DNA from: Methanocaldococcus jannaschii DSM 2661
GTDB taxonomy: Archaea > AGJL01 > Methanococci > Methanococcales > Methanocaldococcaceae
Length of the DNA: 32,000 nucleotides
Direction of reading: 5' to 3'
Assembly: GCF_000091665.1 (NCBI RefSeq)
Contig: NC_000909.1
Location: forward strand, 1,434,118 to 1,466,117
The notes beneath the pieces are model-generated. The model saw nothing but the letters and a program-made list of their open reading frames with translations, was not told where the DNA came from and searched no databases. The position numbers and the translations under genes are program-made. Positions 29,522-32,000 of this stretch are shown here, in pieces. Numbering within the stretch: the first letter of the stretch is position 1; every line of letters begins with the position of its first letter.

Positions 29522-29654
29522 ATTTAATTCTAGTCAAAAAACCAATTGTGATGCTCATGAACGATAAAATAATATATTACATAGATAATGCAGTATCAAT
29601 AATAAAGCTAACTTTAATAACTTAATAACTTATTTGCTTATAGCTATTGGTATA

Positions 29655-30053
29655 ATGTTTCAGCCTCTGCAGTATCCTACTATTCCATGCATTATATTTA
29701 TGGTTATTGTTGGATTAGGTTTGTTGTTTGCTTTTCAATTCATATTGGGTTATGGTTTTGAAATGCATAGGCAAATAACAATAAAGGATAGAATAGCATT
29801 TCGTAACTATGTAGTTGGAAAAATATTTAATGTGTTAGTTGAACATAGCTATTATGGTCTATTACTAAGCACATTTAACTTATTTGTGTATAAAAAAGCC
29901 ATTACTATTAGATTATGCTTTATATTTGCCATTAGCATAGTTATATTTTGGATTTTAGGAGGTAAGCTAATTAAAAAAAGTTTGAAGTTATGTTTTAGCT
30001 GGTTTTACTTCTTTATTAACCCATCTATAAGTCATAAATGCAATAGCAAATAA
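29655..30053 (+). CDS. Hypothetical membrane protein
   Basis: Four hydrophobic segments. The start is uncertain (TTG at 29634 or ATG at 29655). No clear RBS. The 3' end overlaps a small minus-strand ORF. Confidence 0.4.
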   Translation: MFQPLQYPTIPCIIFMVIVGLGLLFAFQFILGYGFEMHRQITIKDRIAFRNYVVGKIFNVLVEHSYYGLLLSTFNLFVYKKAITIRLCFIFAISIVIFWILGGKLIKKSLKLCFSWFYFFINPSISHKCNSK

Positions 30054-30110
30054 TAAAAATAGATAAATTCCCATAGCTATATAAAATACTTCTGCATTTC
30101 CCAATTGCAT
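29988..30110 (-). CDS. Candidate small membrane protein (40 aa)
   Basis: Hand-translated from the minus strand: MQLGNAEVFYIAMGIYLFLLFAIAFMTYRWVNKEVKPAKT, one TM helix. ATG at 30110-30108 with agagg about 10 nt upstream. Below the ORF-track length cut-off. Confidence 0.3.
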   Translation of the reverse strand: MQLGNAEVFYIAMGIYLFLLFAIAFMTYRWVNKEVKPAKT

Positions 30111-30176
30111 AACTACCAGCCTCTAAACTCTTAAAGATGGTTAATATTTTTATTTAATACTTTTTATTTTTATTAG

Positions 30177-31478
<1,302 letters not shown>

Positions 31479-31561
31479 TAATATAAAAATAGAAAAATAT
31501 ATAAAATCAAAAAATAAAAATTTTAATGTAATTATAATTAAAAATAAACTCGGTGAAATAT

Positions 31562-31936
31562 ATGGTAAGTTTTGACCAGGAAAGAATGTTAAAACCAGCG
31601 GTAATTGGAGGAATTATAAACGGTATATTGGGGGCTATTTGTTGTTTGTGTTATGTTATTGGTGGTGCTGTTGCCGCTCATCTCTATGTTAATGCTGGAG
31701 GTATTTGCGATTATGAAAACTGTGGATTAGTTGGAGCAATATCCGGAGTTATAGGGGGAGTTATCGCTTCAATTCTAAGCTTTTTATTTATGTCTGCATA
31801 CCTATCAGCGCTTGGATTAAAAGCGGCGATGTTTACTGGGGCCTCATTCATTATTGGATTTATTACAGCAATCATCTTTGGAGCAATACTCGGGGCTGTT
31901 GGTGGAGTTATATATGTTGTTATAAAGAATAGATAA
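31562..31936 (+). CDS. Gly/Ala-rich small polytopic membrane protein
   Basis: ATG at 31562 preceded by cggtga; the ORF track starts at a GTG at 31553. Three or four Gly-rich TM helices (GGIINGILGAICCL, GVIGGVIASILSF, GAILGAVGGVIYVVI). Confidence 0.65.
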   Translation: MVSFDQERMLKPAVIGGIINGILGAICCLCYVIGGAVAAHLYVNAGGICDYENCGLVGAISGVIGGVIASILSFLFMSAYLSALGLKAAMFTGASFIIGFITAIIFGAILGAVGGVIYVVIKNR

Positions 31937-31944
31937 GTGGGGTT

Positions 31945-32000
31945 ATGAAAAAATATTATTTAATAGTCCTTATTTCTTTTCTTATTTTTTATTTGAGTAT
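31945..32000 (+). CDS. 5' end of a CDS running off the window (signal or TM N-terminus)
   Basis: ATG at 31945 preceded by gtgggg. MKKYYLIVLISFLIFYLS... is truncated by the window edge. Confidence 0.4.
   Translation, partial: MKKYYLIVLISFLIFYLS

Overview
AT-rich archaeal chromosomal segment. Protein content and gene order match my memory of the Methanocaldococcus jannaschii MJ1465-MJ1491 neighbourhood; this is recollection, not a search. About 30 tightly packed genes. Most are housekeeping: thrC, a MetE-like methyltransferase, a Nob1-like PIN nuclease, a SpoU/TrmJ methyltransferase, a TtuA-like PP-loop enzyme, an aminotransferase, a LOR/SDH-family protein, 2-phosphoglycerate kinase, TrkH, purT, a B12/radical-SAM protein, an FAD oxidoreductase, MCM and pyrC. 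Three accessory features stand out. (1) An IS6-type insertion sequence (1624-2326) with 16-bp imperfect terminal inverted repeats. (2) Directly downstream of it, a seven-gene same-strand operon (2440-10677). It encodes two class-III-signal (type IV pilin-like) proteins, a 1009-aa multi-PKD surface protein with a C-terminal motif/TM/basic sorting signal, a 154-aa archaeosortase-like membrane protein, and two paralogous DUF2341 + ConA-like lectin proteins with pilin-like N-termini. It has no assembly ATPase, platform protein or prepilin peptidase. This is my best candidate for an undescribed surface-appendage or adhesion system. (3) An orphan CRISPR array (22598-23218, no cas genes in the window) with two repeat families whose hairpin cores differ but whose flanks are conserved, next to a ~380-bp AT-rich leader. 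Smaller oddities: a ~60-bp duplication of the Nob1-like gene 3' end bracketing a GC-rich hairpin island; a long-range stem in the thrC leader; an operator-like inverted repeat around the aminotransferase promoter; and three convergent gene pairs with abutting or overlapping stop codons. I found no tRNA or rRNA genes.
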